This document shows, piece by piece, positions 26,001 through 39,314 of a DNA stretch of 64,000 bases. How positions within the stretch are numbered: position 1 is the first letter of the stretch; every line of letters starts with the position of its first letter. Below the pieces are notes generated by a model, which was not told the origin of the DNA, ran no database searches, and worked only from the letters and a program-made list of their open reading frames with translations. A program made the position numbers and the translations under genes. The stretch comes from Felis catus (Eukaryota), in NCBI RefSeq assembly GCF_018350175.1, contig NC_058368.1:63738001-63802000 (forward strand), in the 5' to 3' direction.

Positions 26001-28927
26001 TTTTATGGCTTATATAGAACATATTTATTTTAACAAGCACACTGTTTCCTGAGACATAGAAAATGTGAGTTACTATATCACTAATGCTGCCAAATGTATA
26101 GGACTGAAAACTGGAGGCATACCTTGAAGTTTTGGTAGGTGTTGGCTCTGAGAACCGTATTGATTTGTGCTTGGGAGGACATTTGCTGAAGCCACCGTTT
26201 TAGAAGTCCTACCATTCTTATCAGATTTTGGGGTGTGATATCATTATTTTTACCTCAAGTAAACTGAATATTTTACACTTGCCATATATGATTTTACACA
26301 TGCTGGGAAAAGATCTTCTACCTGCCCAATGTGTTTTGCCTGTCAAAGAAGGAAAGATGGCAGTGTAAACGAGACAACCCTCCCTTCTCTCAGATCCAGC
26401 AGGACCCCCATGCAGTACACGGGTGATAATAACAGCTCACAGAACAGTCTTTTGGGTTAAGGGACAAATGGAATAAACACCTTTTATTTATGTTGTATAT
26501 CTAAATTTAAGCAAAGGTTCTTAGTAGAAGGCAGAATAATTGCATAAACAAAGTTTCATTTCCTGGCTTATTCCAAGATAGAGTCCTTCACTAATATAAG
26601 AGTTGCTTAGTATTCATGGCCACTCTTGTAGACAGTGAAAGGTTTTCCCCCAAAGACAACTACACAGAGAAAATATGCATTTCATGCTTCCTATCATCTA
26701 TATCCTAAAACTATGTAATCAACTAAGGGATGAGTCTTTCATTGAATCCCAGGGGAAGAAGCAGAGAGGGACAAGAAAGTAGAGTTGGAAATAATATTTA
26801 CTATTGCTTTAGAGGGTTTTTTCCCCTGACTTTAATGATGATCCTTTGAGGTTCTTTTGAAGAAAGCCATTTTTAGTTCAACAGGCATTATACCCAAATC
26901 ATGTATTTATTTTAGCGATGCTATGTGGGAAAATTTTATATTGTTAACACTATTAAACAAATGGAAATGTTTTCTACGACTTCTTAAATGATTTTTTTTC
27001 ACAGAAGTTATGTGTCATTGTAAAACAGCGCTTCTCAAGTGATTTGTGCGGGATGGGTGGGAATAAGGTGGTGATGATTTCCAGGAAATTAACTGAGTAT
27101 TCAACAATTACTTATATAGCATTATGTTCTTACAAGCGCTATGACTGGATTACAACAGGGAACAAGAGGCTACTGCCATTATAGAACAGGAAAAAGGAGA
27201 GTTTTCTGAGGCCAAAATGCTTTATAGTATCTTAAATCTTTATAAAATTTAATATACCTTTAGGCTATTATGTGATTCTTTGCTTCTTGAATGTATTATA
27301 TATAGATTGTTGCAGGTAGAGCCATGGTGTACATTCACATGCTTACTTGTTGCGAGTGGATGCTTCCTGACTTCAACTGCTGAACATGTTACCTAGGGGC
27401 TTAGACCTCATTTCAGGGGAGGACACAAACACACAAAGTAGCTCCTAGCATCTTCAATGCATGCAGTTACTCGGGGCTTCTCAAGGGGATTGGAGGGGTG
27501 AGCCAAGAGAAAATGTCATCAAACTGATGTGGGTGAAAGAAAACCAATATTTGTTCATTTGAATCATACTTACTTTTGCTGAATAAGATTTTGAAAGTTC
27601 CAAATTGGGACGGGCAGAACTGGTTTCACTGGCATTTGGTATTAATGACTGAACATCAGTCCTGTGCATTTGCTTTCCTCTTTGATCAGAGATATGGATG
27701 CAGGAAGTCAAAGGTGTTTATTTAGGATTTATGTCCAAGAAAAGATCTTGTTTGGAATGATCTAATCAGGCTATCAATAAAACATTCAAGTCAGTGTGAA
27801 AACTCTGCAGGTGTGTGTCATCCAGATATAAGATTTAGGTTTGACCCACCATCTCTAAGCACAAATGTGTCCTCATCAAGGAAAGATCAATCTTTCAGGC
27901 ATATTAAGTGCAGTAAATATTTTGTTGAAGAGATTTCTACCACTATGATACCAGCTAATGGAGCCGGGTCTCAGGAATTAGTGGGCCATGTAATTCTGTA
28001 TCTGATGAGATCCAAAGTACTGCATCATCTGAGGCTGCAGAACTCTGAGAGCCAGGAGTGCTAGAGGATGTTAACATGATCAATTAGCTTTTTTCTGACA
28101 GCACCTTGGAATAAATCGAAGCCAAGAGCAAACAGGATAGAACTGCAGGATAGGCAAACACACAAGAGGCAGAGATCAGAACAGCTCATTTGGCAACACT
28201 GTTAGTTCATCTGCAGGATTTGGGGTTTTATTTATCCCAAACTCTTATAACATCATTTGTAAATTTTTTTCTTAATTGGAAACTAACCCAACAGAGAATA
28301 ACATTTTATATATGTATATTGTATGTATATGTAGGAAGAGCGTTAGAACAGTCCGATGCTGGTGTTTTCCATGTGACAACGTCTTCAACAGCAGTAGCAG
28401 CTGCTCTGTGCGGATCATTTATCATGAGTCTGGCAGTTTTCATACATCATGGCACATGCATTATTCAAACCTGCTTATGATTATGTTGTTATTTAACCCT
28501 TTGTCCAGAAGAGGAATCAGACCCATGGAGGTGTGGCAGATTGGAGGAAGTCAGCCTTCTGACCAGAAGAATTAGCTCCATTTCAGCCCTACTCAATTTC
28601 AGCTTTTCTTCTCTACCGGACTGTGCCACTTAGGGCTGTAGTGTAGATTGTGGCCACGTCAGCATGATCTTTCGTCAAAGATTTTTGCCTGTTATTTTGG
28701 GCCTTCTTTAGGCCAAAGTCATCTTACGTTCAAGATGAAAGTGCCGTCAGTCAGCACACATTAGTTTTGTTGTTTTAAAATGATCTCCACTTCCGAACCT
28801 TATTTCCTCGCTCTTCCTGAGGAATGTCACCCAACTCCAACTCTCTAGCTTCGTTTACCATCTGTATGCTGATGATTCTGAAGTGTATGTTCCCAAGACC
28901 TCTTTCCCAAGGTGCAGTTTCAGAGAC

Positions 28928-29750
28928 TGTATCAGTTGGGGTCCAGCCAGGAGAATAGAAACTGTGCGAAGTATTTCAAAGAGAGGAAATTTGATACAGA
29001 AAATTGGTTCCTCGGGTGTTGAAGGCTAGAAGGGCAGAAATGGGAAGATGTGGCAAACCAGAGATTCAGAAATGCCAGAGCAGTGGCATTTGTCTGGATT
29101 CCCCCCGCCTCGCCCCTGGGCACCCCCAGTTGCAAGTGAAAGAAACTCAAATTAGCTTAGGCACAGAAGGACTGCACTGAGTCATAGACCTGAGAGGGAA
29201 TTAATTTGGTTTAAGTCATTGGCATCGAAGGCAGGGGAGCAGGTAGCTAAGGCTTAGGAAGTAGAACTCGGACTTGATTTCTTCAGGATATATTCGTTTT
29301 TTCTCATTCTCTTTCGCTCCTTCTGCTTCTCCCTCCACCACTTTCTTCCTGCCTTCCTTTCTTCCTTTATTCTTCTCTCCTGCCCCTATGTTTATGTGGC
29401 TTTCTGCCACAGACTCACAGACTTTACCTGTCAGGAAAGATGGCAGCCACATTGTTGACTTCTTCAAGTTAAACTATCATAGAAATAGCCATTATATTTA
29501 GTAACTGTTTTATTAACGTGTGTCAGTATCTTCTTCTACTGTGAAGTCCTTGTTGACAATTGGTACAATTTCTATTGCCAAAGGAATGGTATTCTGTGGC
29601 CCAGCCAACCCTGGGTCAATACCCCTTCTTGTGGTGAGGGGATAAGGTGATGGAACTGAGGAAGCCAGATTCCTGGATGAAGGATGGTTGTTTGGTAAAA
29701 ACGTCACATACACACACAAAGTTATTGTTGTTGATATTGTCTGCAGAAAA
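28928..29750 (-). mobile_element. Old LTR fragments (unassigned LTR start, then an MLT1K-like MaLR)
   Basis: 'tgtatcagttggggtccagccaggagaatagaaac' and 'cagttgcaagtgaaagaaactcaaattagcttagg'. Confidence 0.5.
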
Positions 29751-32700
29751 ATAAGAAGCTGTCCAATATTATAAATAAGTATCTCAATTCCTGTTATGTG
29801 TTGATTAATAACAATAGCTATTGAGTTAAACTAAATATGTCTTTATTTAAGTATGTGCTTCATGTCTTCCGGAGTCTCCCTTTCTCATCTTCACATCGAA
29901 TTCAGGAGCTCTGTGTATCCTTCACTTGCAACTCGCCACACTTCAGAAACCACAACCTTGAACTGAGCTGAAATATGTTTCCCAGAACTCCTAATTATAC
30001 CTTTTCATATAAAACAATCTGTTACTCCATTTTCCTTATCAAAAATAACGCATCAAATAAAAATCATTTATTGAATACAGACTATATGCTGGTTTCTCGA
30101 TTCTAATTTCAACATGAACTTTTTTGTAATTTTATTAGGAGAGCTTTACTTTTTTTCAAAACTTCTTCAAAGCTGCCTATTTGTAGGTATTCCTTCTGTG
30201 GAATTCAGTCAGTTAGTTGGTAACTGTTTATTGAGTACTTTCCATGTAGATCTATGGTCTGCTGATGGGATTATTACGAAATGAACAGATATTTATTACA
30301 CAGGCATTATTGGCATAATTACCAAGGTATTTACTTTTTATTTAGTACCTAAGGACAGTGTGTACGTTTTGTTTGTGTTAGAATAGTAGGAAGGCAGATT
30401 ACAAATTGATTATAAAATCTTTACACAAGTAATTGCTGAATCCAAAATTTATTATTATATCCCACAAATACGAACTTTATTAACTTTCTGTCATTCAGGA
30501 AAACAATAAGCATAGGGATTTTTCCTTTGCTTGCTTGTTTTTTTATTTTATTAATATTTTTGTCCCTGAATATACTTTGCTTTATTTCTGTACACTTTTC
30601 ATCCATAATTCATTTTAATCACATTCCTTAAATGTCAGGTTTATTTTAGCCTTATAACTTTCATTTGGAGTAGTGACAAACAAAGGGAAAGTCCCTTAAG
30701 AAAAAGGCTTTATCTTTAAAAGCAACACCGCTTCTATAGTCATCTCAGCATCCCATTCATGAGGGGGTATGGTTCTGAGTCTGAAATTCTCATCTCCTGC
30801 TTGTTTTCATTTCCCAGATCGTCTTGTGGCAGTGATAGCTTTATCGTGTTGATTTCATTTAACTCTTTAGGAAAGTTATTCATCGGTGAATTAAAAACAA
30901 AATCTGTTATTACTAGGAGCATCCCAAGCTGAAGTAAGCATGGCTAATGATAGGTTTCTCAATTAAAAGAATAAAGGCGCTTTCGTTATTTCTACGCTTT
31001 GTGTCCAGTGGTCCAAAACATGGGTAGAGGTTGTTATGTTACATGTGTTCTTGCCAGTGGAGTTTTACATTGGGAGGTAGGGAGAAATGTGGAGTCATCT
31101 AAGGTTTTTCCTCAAGTTGGAGAGAGGATTTTGTAAAGGGATGGGAGTCTTCATTCCAGTTTCCAGCAAATAAGATTTCTGAAATGACAGTGTTGATAAG
31201 ATTTGTTGTTGTTTTTTTCCCCCTCTATCAGCATGTCTGTTAGAAATTACCAGGGAGTCTAGATCCCACTGGGTGGTTATGAAAAATTTGTCAGATTAGT
31301 TAGAATGTTCAGTAATATAATGACATTAGTTAGCTAAATTGCTTCCTTAATGAGGGCATATGACATTGGGTTTTTAAATGATAGCCTAAAGATTTTTAGA
31401 GATATGTAGATTAGAAGATTCAACAAATGAAAACTAGTAAAAGAATATAAAAATTCCATGCTAAGCAATTTTGGAGCATCTTTGTTATATGAATTTCTTA
31501 CAAGAACTCTCTGAGCGGTCAAGGCTATTAGGCTTGTATGACAATAAATGTTCTTTGCCCAAGGTTGTGATTCAAAATGATAAAGATAAAATGTGTAGCC
31601 TGCTTTTCTCCTAGTCTTCAAAGTCCCTTTTACTGCCATTGCTGGGTTCAGTCCCTTCAGTTCTATTCCAGAAGTACAACCTTCAGACTCTGCCCACCTT
31701 CAGATTTTGGATCTAGTCTTACCTCCAGTTAGAGAAATTTTAGTCATTAGTTCATCAGGAGGTTGGTACTTCTGGCTCTTCTTTAATCTTAAACTCTTGT
31801 TAGGATTTTTCACCAATTTTTAGGACTAAGCTCCTGGTTTATGTTTCTACTTCAGTTTATGGCCACTTGTATTATTCTCAAGTGCCTACATCTATGGTCT
31901 GGTTCCTTATCGGTTCCTTGAGAACTGTGATCCTGTCACATGAGTCCATACTCTGTGAGACTATAATCCTGATTCACATTTCTTGACCATTCTGTCACCT
32001 GTCACCTTGGCCAGGTTATGCACTTACTGTTTTCTGCTCTCCCCTGATGCTCTGGGCTTCCTACCTGATGATGCTACTGGGCTTCTGGGCTGCTGCTGGC
32101 TCGCGTGCCCGGACCTCCTTGCCCTTTCTGCAGAAGGAACCATCTCTGCTCACCTCTTGCACATTAAAAGTCTCTATGCCATAGCCATATCGAAGAATGC
32201 CTGTTTAAATGGTGACAGTTGTATTGACCATAGCCTACCAGTTATTTAGTCATTTTGCCTTTCGCTTTTGCTCTTAGTTGTATTTTTTTTTTCAAACTTT
32301 GGAAACTTGTTTTATACAAAGGTGGGGAATACTAAAGAAGGGGTAAATGATAGTCTTAATTGACTGGCACAGCCCCATCTCTTAAGAGGTGACAACTTCC
32401 CCAGGTGACCGTGATAATAGGAATATAGGTTACACTTACGTAGCCCTCACTATGCGCCCAACTCTTTCTAAGTACTTTTCAGGTATTAATGCGCATAGTA
32501 AATTATAAAACCCGCCTTCAGCAGAGGCTAGGCAGTGTCACATTTTAAGTGCAGTAGGGCAGTCAAATTCCTTAGATTTTACTAAGTTGTGCATCAGTTA
32601 AGGCTCTTGTCACGTCTCAACATACCAACATTCAGCATCGGGAGAAAAGGCAAATGCCACAATTGTAGATTCTGCAGAGCAAATATGAAGAAGGTGTTGT

Positions 32701-33124
32701 ACATACAGCTCTCCCTCACTATATGGGAAGTACACAAGTGAAAACAAAATGTCCAAATATAAAATGGACTCAAGGGGGTTAATAGGTGGTAATACCCATG
32801 GATTAAACAAACAAACCAAGGATACTAGAGAGTTGTAAAAACACAACCATCTTTCCTGTCACAGTAGAAGGGGAGACATATGTAGCCCTATATAATGAAA
32901 CCCTCTATAATGAAACATTTGTAATATCTTAACATGGTCACATTGCATTCTAATTTCTTCATTATTTTCAAAAGCATTTTGAATGAATGTGTACTAGTGG
33001 TTTTCCCTAAAATTGGCAATGAATATAACAAAGATAATAGAGACATATACAGCAGCCCTGCCCTCATGGAACCTAGAGTCTGTTGGGTGATCTGGACAAA
33101 GAGACAAGCAATTGCCATGCAGGG

Positions 33125-33310
33125 TGGCAAGTGCAGTAGCACAAATCGGGCTTTGGATTCAGACAATTCTGGACTCAAATTACAGCTCCACCACATACTA
33201 ATTGGGTTGCTTTGGACAAATTATTTACTCTCTGTCAACCTCAGTTTCTTCATCTATAAAATGGGAATAATAATTGTACCTGCCACGGAGTTGTATGGAT
33301 TGCATAAGTT
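33125..33310 (+). mobile_element. MIR, flanked by antisense L2 remnants
   Basis: 'cctcagtttcttcatctataaaatgggaataataat'; upstream L2-like 'ccctgccctcatggaacctagagtct'. Confidence 0.85.
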
Positions 33311-33879
33311 CCAGGTGAACTTGACAGTGAAATTTTAAATAAGGTGAGAGCTGAAACGGATATGCTAGAGAGTATGTTAGTATGAGAGTTTCTCATTTCT
33401 ATGTGAAATAAACATTAAGATCCACTGCTGAGGGCCAGGGGAAAGGAGAAGAGAAGGTTGACTTGTGCAGGGTAGAGGGATTGGTAAATGTGGTTGGTCA
33501 TGAAGCCTGGACCAATGTTGATAGTGATATATTATGAATATTTAAGATATTCCCATATTTAAATCTTTTCAATTTGAGCCCAGTATTACTGAAAGACTGA
33601 ACACAGGGTAGGTCTGAGTCACATTTTTAAAACTGAAACTTATCTCCTTTTCTCCTCAGTGTCCACTTCTTTTTTACATCCCTCCTTCCATCTATTATCC
33701 CCTCATTAATCCATTGATCCATCCATCTATTCATCTATCTATCTATCTATCTTTCCATCTTAACTTTGTCTAGACATTCTTCCACTAATCAAATATTTAT
33801 TGATTGGTCCAACAGGAGGCACTGGGAATATGAAAAACAGCAGAGTGATGGTTTCTGTTCCCATAAGATATTTTAACTA

Positions 33880-34345
33880 AGATACAAGTTCAGCTCCGCC
33901 AAGATAAAAGTGTGTTTCTCTCCCTCTTAAGATTATGAGTAAATAGTTCAAGAACTCCACTCTATTTCCATCCCTTTACCAGTGCATATCTCTGGGGGTA
34001 CTGGCCTTGTGCATTTGGCACAAGAAAGCTGACTTCATGTCCACACATCCACACACTGACCGAGGGCGGGGGGGGGGGAGGGTACTGAGGAAGGTAGGGA
34101 AAGGTGTGCTTCTTCTCTTTAAGTCAAAATATGACTTGGAAACTGAACACATCACTTCCACTCATATCCCAATAGCCAGAAACAAAAAATCACATTTTGC
34201 CACATCTCGTTTCAAGGGAGAGTCAAAATAAAGCCTTTATTTTCTGTGACCATATGACCAACTGAGGAATTGGGATTAAAATGAACAAAATCCAGGATAT
34301 ATTTTGGAGAAGACAGATATTGAAGAAATAACACAGTTTGTCACA
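33880..34345 (-). mobile_element. MaLR LTR, MLT1J-like
   Basis: 'cacatcacttccactcatatcccaatagccagaa...gccacatctcgtttcaagggag'. Confidence 0.65.
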
Positions 34346-35684
34346 GAGTGTCTGTTCTAGTTGAAGTTACAGGCAGGTGAGTTGACAATTGCCATAAATT
34401 TCAGAGATGCCCCAATGATAGGATGTGGTGGGAGTAATAGGGCTTCTTTGTCTTCAAGATTTCCACTGCACAGTCCTTTCTGAAGGCTTCTGTCTCCAAA
34501 TTTAGCACCGAGGAGTTTCCTGTATCTCAATGTTCTTTCTCCTCTACTAAGTATGTTTTTTATTTCCTCAGAATAAATAAGTTTTAGAAGGAAAATCAAT
34601 GATTAATTCATCGTAACACATTCATTGCTAGTCCCTTCTTTATCTCTAACATCCCTCCTTCTTTATAATTCTAGGATATTTTCCAATGTCTTTAATAGGT
34701 GGACTTTTAGACTGACTTGGAAAGGTATTTTCATACAAAACTGGTTAATCTGATAATTAGGTTTATTATTAAGATTTAAAGCAAAGAGAGTCCAAGAAAG
34801 AATTTATTGAAATATTACTAAAAACAATCCAGTAATCACATTGACATGTACTGGTGAAAACAAAAGAGTTTAAAAAAAAAGAATTTGTACTAATTTCTTG
34901 GTAGTTAAAAGAATCTTACAGCAAGCGGTCTTAGGTTACCTAAGAAGAGAATGGATATAGCCTTTGGGCAAACTTCCTTTGACTGTTAATTGCTTATTCC
35001 TGATTTGTTATAGAGCTAGGCATTTTAACAATAAATATTTCCTTTAGATTCGTTTAATTTTAAAGAACTAGAACTTTTATGAATTACTTAAGATACCTTT
35101 CTTCAAACTAAACTGATCGAGCCTTGCTAAAATGACTCTAGAAACAGAATCTATTAGGCCTAGAAACATAGGGGACCCCTTAGTGTTCTCACAGAGGTGT
35201 CGCCACCCTTGATGAGCTAAGGGGAAGCCTCAAAGTCTGGGATTAACAGTTAACACTGCTAAATGTGGATTATCTCATTAAGAAAGATAATTCAATTTTG
35301 GTTTCACTGTATCTACCTGGATATTTTATCATCTTATGTTCATTAAGGATTTTTATGACTTGCAACTTTCCCTGCTGAATTAAATTGTTTACCTCTGCCC
35401 GTTTTTCTGATTTCAGAGTCATTTCTTAATCATTTAAACTCAGTAATTTTGTCGATCTGTAGGAGTAGGACTATTCTTATCACACTGAAAATAACAGATC
35501 ATATATTTAATTGCTAATAGATAAATTTTTCCCTTTAAATGATATTTTTAAAAATTTTATATAAATTTAGAACATTAGTATTATGATTGGTTTAATTTTG
35601 TTAACTTTAGGTAATGTCTCTATATATGATATGGATATCATATCATTGGATCTAATAATCACATCCACACTTTTTCAAGAGGTG

Positions 35685-35765
35685 AGTAATGTCTTCGCAG
35701 TGGTTACCTTGGGAACCTTTTATCCAGATGCTGATGCTATCGCTGCACAAAACATTTTTGGAGGG
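35685..35765. mobile_element. Possible MARNA-like (Tc1/mariner) fragment
   Basis: 'gtggttaccttgggaacc...gatgctatcgctgcacaaaacatttttgga' resembles the remembered MARNA consensus; short and diverged. Confidence 0.4.
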
Positions 35766-35899
35766 AGAGGTTCCAATTCCCATTCAAAATAATAATGCAA
35801 TTTAATTTCACCAGATATTTTATTAAAATAGAAAACTATAGTCAAGTCTTATCAACTGGTTGGATCCTTTCAGGGTTAACTCCCCTGGAGTATTGGCTG

Positions 35900-36555
35900 G
35901 TTATTGATTTGTTTACCAAGGAGTTATTGACTGCTTGTCATATATCAGAGTTGGGTACACTGATGAATTAAATATCATTATCTTTTGCTTTTGAGGTGCT
36001 TATGATTTTGCTAAGAAGCAAAATAGTTAAGCCTAATTATGATATGTTGCAAATATTGACTAAGTGTGGTCATGGATAAGTAAAGAGGAGGAAGCAATTT
36101 ATTCTGGATAGGCTGGGGAAGACCATGTAGAGAAAATGCTGTTGAATTTGGACTTCAAAGGATAAATAGCATTTCACTAGGCAGAGGCAAAAGTTAGTAT
36201 CTAGAGGGAGAAAGGATGTGGTTAGGCAATGGGTGGTTGTTAGGTACTCCTGGAATCTATAGCTGTTGGGAAGAGGTAGAGGTAAAGAAGTAGTAAAGTC
36301 GGTTGCAGAATGGCTTCAAAAGGTTGCTAAGTTATTGTATAAAGAACTCTTGACAAAGGACCTTAGGTTTAATTTTCATTTGCAAGGTTGGTTTGTCGAC
36401 AAGTTCTCTCCTCCTTTCTCCCCTTCCTACCTCCTTTCCTTCCTTAGTACATTTATTTGAATGTTCCTTTCTAGGTGCTAGGGATAAGGAAGTGAAAAGA
36501 GTAAAAAAGAAAAAGTCTTATCAGCATGGAGCTTATGTTCTAGAAGTAGAGCTCA
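35900..36555 (-). mobile_element. L2 fragments
   Basis: 'catttatttgaatgttcctttctaggtgctagggataag...catggagcttatgttctag'. Confidence 0.6.
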
Positions 36556-36565
36556 TATTATAGAT

Positions 36566-36876
36566 CCTGTAAATGAGAAGATAGTATTTTAGGCTTTCAA
36601 AGCTAGTTTCTATTACAGTTACTAAATTCTGCCCTTGTAGTGAGAAAGCAGCCATAGACAATACCTTGAACAAATGTGAATGCCTCATTTCCGGTAAAAT
36701 TTTATTTACACATTGAAATTTGAAATTCTATAAACTTCATGTGTCGTAAAGTGTTTTCCTTTTCTTTTGTTTCTTTCTTCAACTGTTGAAAAATACAAAG
36801 GTTGTCCTTAGCTCACAGGCTGTACAAAAACAGATAGCCTAGATTTGGCCCACAGTCTGTAGTTGGTCTAACCCTG
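36566..36876 (+). mobile_element. hAT-Charlie MITE, MER58B-like
   Basis: 'gaaagcagccatagacaatac' and 'agatttggcccacagtctgtagttggtctaaccctg'. Confidence 0.82.
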
Positions 36877-37464
36877 TTCCAGAAAGAAGTTCAGGTTAAT
36901 GGAGACATTAGATACAGCCATTAGCTGGGTGCATCAAATTTGCATTATTTAAAAGATTTAGAAAATAGTATAACCAGCTTATAAAGCAGAGAGATTCACT
37001 AGTTCTGCAGGAGAGGCAGGGAGGTGCAAGTTATTGGGCCATGGACAGTCTTGGACATTAACGTCTAAGTGAGTGAAGGTTACATCAGATCTTTTCAAAA
37101 TTCAATTGCTTCCTTCCATGTTCAAGCTTGTATTCACATGACATTTCTGTAAATAAGCTACCCTGGCTATATCCTGAGATCACCTCCTCTGAGCCAGGTC
37201 CCTGTTGTGAATCTTGGTCGTCAATGTCCACTCCAGCATGATCGCCATTCATGTTTCAGCCTACCCATGTGAACACAGCCTGGTTCAAGTGTTTTTCTCA
37301 AATGAGAATGCAGAGTTAGAATGAATCCTAGTTATCCAGGTGTTTCTGAGAATAAGATATCAGTTTATCAGATGAGCTGCAAGACCTTGCCTACACATTT
37401 TAATAACATTTTTCATCTGCTCACAATAGTATTGGGTTTCATTGTTGAAGTTCTGAAGTCATGT

Positions 37465-37660
37465 TACTTGAGATCCAAGCCAGCTCCAGCTGGTCTGCTG
37501 TGTGACCCTAGACAAGTTATTGAGGCTTCTTCAGCTTCAGTTTCCACATCTGTAAAATGAGAATAGTACTCATATGTAATTTACAAGTCTCTTGCACTAT
37601 ATGAAGTAGTCCTCATGATCTATATCAAGCACATAGTGAAGTATCTTGTATGTAGTAAGA
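37465..37660 (+). mobile_element. MIR
   Basis: 'gctgtgtgaccctagacaagttatt...cttcagtttccacatctgtaaaatgagaatag'. Confidence 0.82.
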
Positions 37661-37835
37661 CAAACAAATAAAAATGGACTATTATTATTATCATTGTGAT
37701 TAGAGAAAACAGGATATTTAGTACTTTTTTTTCTTTCCTCATGGGGTTTTAGCTACTTTAGGATCGGATGAATATTAGAAAGAGGAGAGAATTAACTTAG
37801 GAAAAAACCTGCTTAACTTAAAATCCTAAAAAATT

Positions 37836-38258
37836 GGGGTGCCTCAGTGGTTCAGTTGGTTAAGCATGGTCATGCTCAGGTCATGATCTCAGGTTTGTGA
37901 GTTCGAGCGCTATGTTGGGCTCTGTGACAGCTCAGAGCCTGCAGGCAGCTCTGTGTCTCCCTGTCTCTCTGCCTCTCCCCTGCTCACACTCTGTCTCTTT
38001 CGCCTTCAAAAATAAATAAATATGGCTCAGTAGTTAAGCGTCCAACTTCAACTTGGGTCATGATCTCATGGTTCATGGTGCATGAGTTCGAGCCCCACAT
38101 CGGGCTCTGTGCTGACAGTTCAGAGCCTGGAGCCTGCTTAGGATTCTGTGTCCCCACTCTCTGCTCCTACCCCACTCATGCTGTGTCTCTCTCCCTATCA
38201 AAAATAAATAAACATTAAAAATATATATATTAAAAAAATAAATAAATAAACATTTTTA
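37836..38258 (+). mobile_element. Two Can-SINEs; the second (38023-38233, slightly 5'-truncated) is nested in the tail of the first
   Basis: Outer TSD AAAATCCTAAAAAAT (37820-37834, 38259-38273); inner TSD AAAAATAAATAAATA (38008-38022, 38234-38248). Confidence 0.93.
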
Positions 38259-39080
38259 AAAATCCTAAAAAATCATTTAGATCATTAAAGATAACTTAAT
38301 AGAAGGAGAAATTAAATATGAGCTGTATCATTTTGAAAGAATGCAATCAACTGTTAACCATTTCAAAAATTTAACTTAAGAAAGATTAGTTACCTTTCCT
38401 ATGAGAACTGTATATTTAAACAAAAAGTTTCTAATTCTTTTGAAAACATGCCCAGAACATATTCATTTTTTTAATTTAATGCAGTGTATAGTGGCCCCCC
38501 AAACTTCTGTGTAATGAGTACCAGCCACTATAATACATCTTGCCATGAAGTCTCACCACAGCCACTGTTGACTTCAGCTGCTAAAATTAGAGTATGCTGT
38601 TTTCAACTTTCTCTCTATTGTATTAGAATTTGCCTTGGTCTGACACCAGTAAGAGGCTTTTTATTTACTTTCTGTTGCTGGGAAGGATTTTAATTGGTTC
38701 CATGGCTCTTAGTCAAGTATCACTTTATTTCTCAACGAATGATTCAGACCTGCAGGAGTCATGCCATAATTTAGCTGTAGAATAATGTAGGACCTGGGAA
38801 TGTCACACACACACACACAGATGTACAATGGGGAGAAGGTTGTGCTGATCTTTATAAGAATGAGTGAAATTCTCATTCATTCCTGTAGGTTTTGTGCTTT
38901 GGAGTTTTTCTCCAGCTGAGAGAGAACTCTAAGCTGATCACTGTACATGTTCTTGTACAATCTACTTTATGCCCAGTGTCATGCATTTACATATTTATAT
39001 AATGTATGCATGCATACATTAACATAAATGTATGCATGTATGTGTACAATTTGGACTTTTTGCCCATGAAATTTCTTTCT

Positions 39081-39314
39081 TTTTTTTTTTTTAATTTTTT
39101 TTAATGTTTGCTTATTCTTGAGAGAGAGAGACAGACAGAGACAGAGTGTTAGTGGAGGAGGGTCAGAGAGAGAGAGGGAGACACCCTCTCTCCCAGGCTC
39201 CAGGCTCTGAGCTTTCAGCACAGAGCCTGACGGGGGGCTCAAACTTACAAACTGTGAGATCATGACCTGAGCCGAAGTCAGATGCTTAGACAACTGAGCC
39301 ATCAGGGCACCCCC
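39081..39314 (-). mobile_element. Can-SINE
   Basis: TSD ATGAAATTT(C/A)TTTCT (39066-39080, 39315-39329). Confidence 0.94.

Noticed and set aside
28190..28480. 96-aa ORF with a hydrophobic C-terminus after a possible AG
   Set aside because: Weak acceptor with no pyrimidine tract and an unrecognised peptide; cannot be supported as a CDS.
34063..34100. G-run with G-quadruplex potential
   Set aside because: A homopolymer expansion inside an old LTR, with no functional context.
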